A DNA stretch of 44,696 nt from contig CAYZTE010000003.1 in the NCBI GenBank assembly GCA_964481225.1, positions 2,625 to 47,320 on the forward strand, given 5' to 3'. Positions 44,447-44,696 of the stretch are shown here, in pieces. The notes below the pieces were generated by a model, which saw only the letters and a list, made by a program, of their open reading frames with translations, ran no database searches and was not told the origin of the DNA. A program made the translations under genes and the position numbers. Source of the stretch: an uncultured archaeon (GTDB lineage: Archaea > Asgardarchaeota > Lokiarchaeia > Sigyniarchaeales > SOKP01). Every line of letters starts with the position of its first letter. The stretch's first letter is position 1.

Positions 44447-44696
44447 ATGCATAGATTAAAACCTTCAAATAAAGAGAAAATAAGAAAAGCAGCTAAATTG
44501 CTTCTTAATTCAAAACATGCAATAGTGTTAACTGGAGCAGGAATTTCAACAGAATCTGGAATTCCAGATTTTAGAGGGGATGATGGCATTTGGAAGAAAT
44601 ACCCTATTGAAACATTTGGTACGTTGAAAAGTCTCCTCGCTGATCCGTCTAAATTTTGGAAAATGGCGCAGGAATTTGCTCCGACGCTGTTTAATG
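44447..44696 (+). CDS. Sir2-family NAD-dependent protein deacylase (sirtuin), N-terminal part; continues beyond window
   Basis: The frame is open from ATG 44447 to the window end. [52 protein letters not shown] contains the canonical sirtuin GAGIS[10 protein letters not shown] NAD-binding motif. Confidence 0.85.
   Translation, partial: MHRLKPSNKEKIRKAAKLLLNSKHAIVLTGAGISTESGIPDFRGDDGIWKKYPIETFGTLKSLLADPSKFWKMAQEFAPTLFN

Overview
The window is a strongly AT-rich archaeal chromosome segment. The evidence is archaeal/eukaryal-type ribosomal proteins uS15 (S13e-type) and eS1 (S3Ae), an RNAP-M/TFS-like Zn-ribbon protein, giant surface proteins rich in NxS/T sequons, and Shine-Dalgarno-led operon genes. 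An Asgard/Loki-like lineage is only a guess. Layout: (i) 0-7.4 kb holds housekeeping and metabolic genes: an alpha/beta hydrolase 3' end, an MFS transporter, an ADP-forming acyl-CoA synthetase alpha subunit, a GDPD phosphodiesterase, an SCP2-like protein and a bacterial-type RNase III. (ii) 7.7-23.7 kb is a tightly packed same-strand five-gene operon: a MacB/FtsE-like ABC ATPase, a 1004-aa double-FtsX permease, a 1308-aa membrane-anchored surface protein, a 1611-aa membrane-anchored subtilase with a cytoplasmic double Zn-ribbon tail, and a 989-aa double-FtsX permease. (iii) 23.9-32.9 kb mixes housekeeping genes (HAM1/RdgB ITPase, uS15, eS1, AidB-like acyl-CoA dehydrogenase, GlmU-like nucleotidyltransferase) with hypothetical proteins. 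(iv) 33.0-44.4 kb is an accessory, decayed segment. It contains a sirtuin 5' pseudogene and a surface glycoprotein gene with a 5' frameshift. Two diverged, inactivated IS630-family copies in direct orientation bracket a 959-aa helical protein with three ~149-aa repeats, a SIR2_2 (defence-type NADase)-LRR fusion protein, gene debris and a small Zn-ribbon ORF. An intact sirtuin gene then runs off the window end. I recognised no rRNA, tRNA or CRISPR array. The best candidate for a novel system is the SIR2_2-LRR fusion at 39336-41810; the second is the ABC/FtsX/subtilase surface operon.
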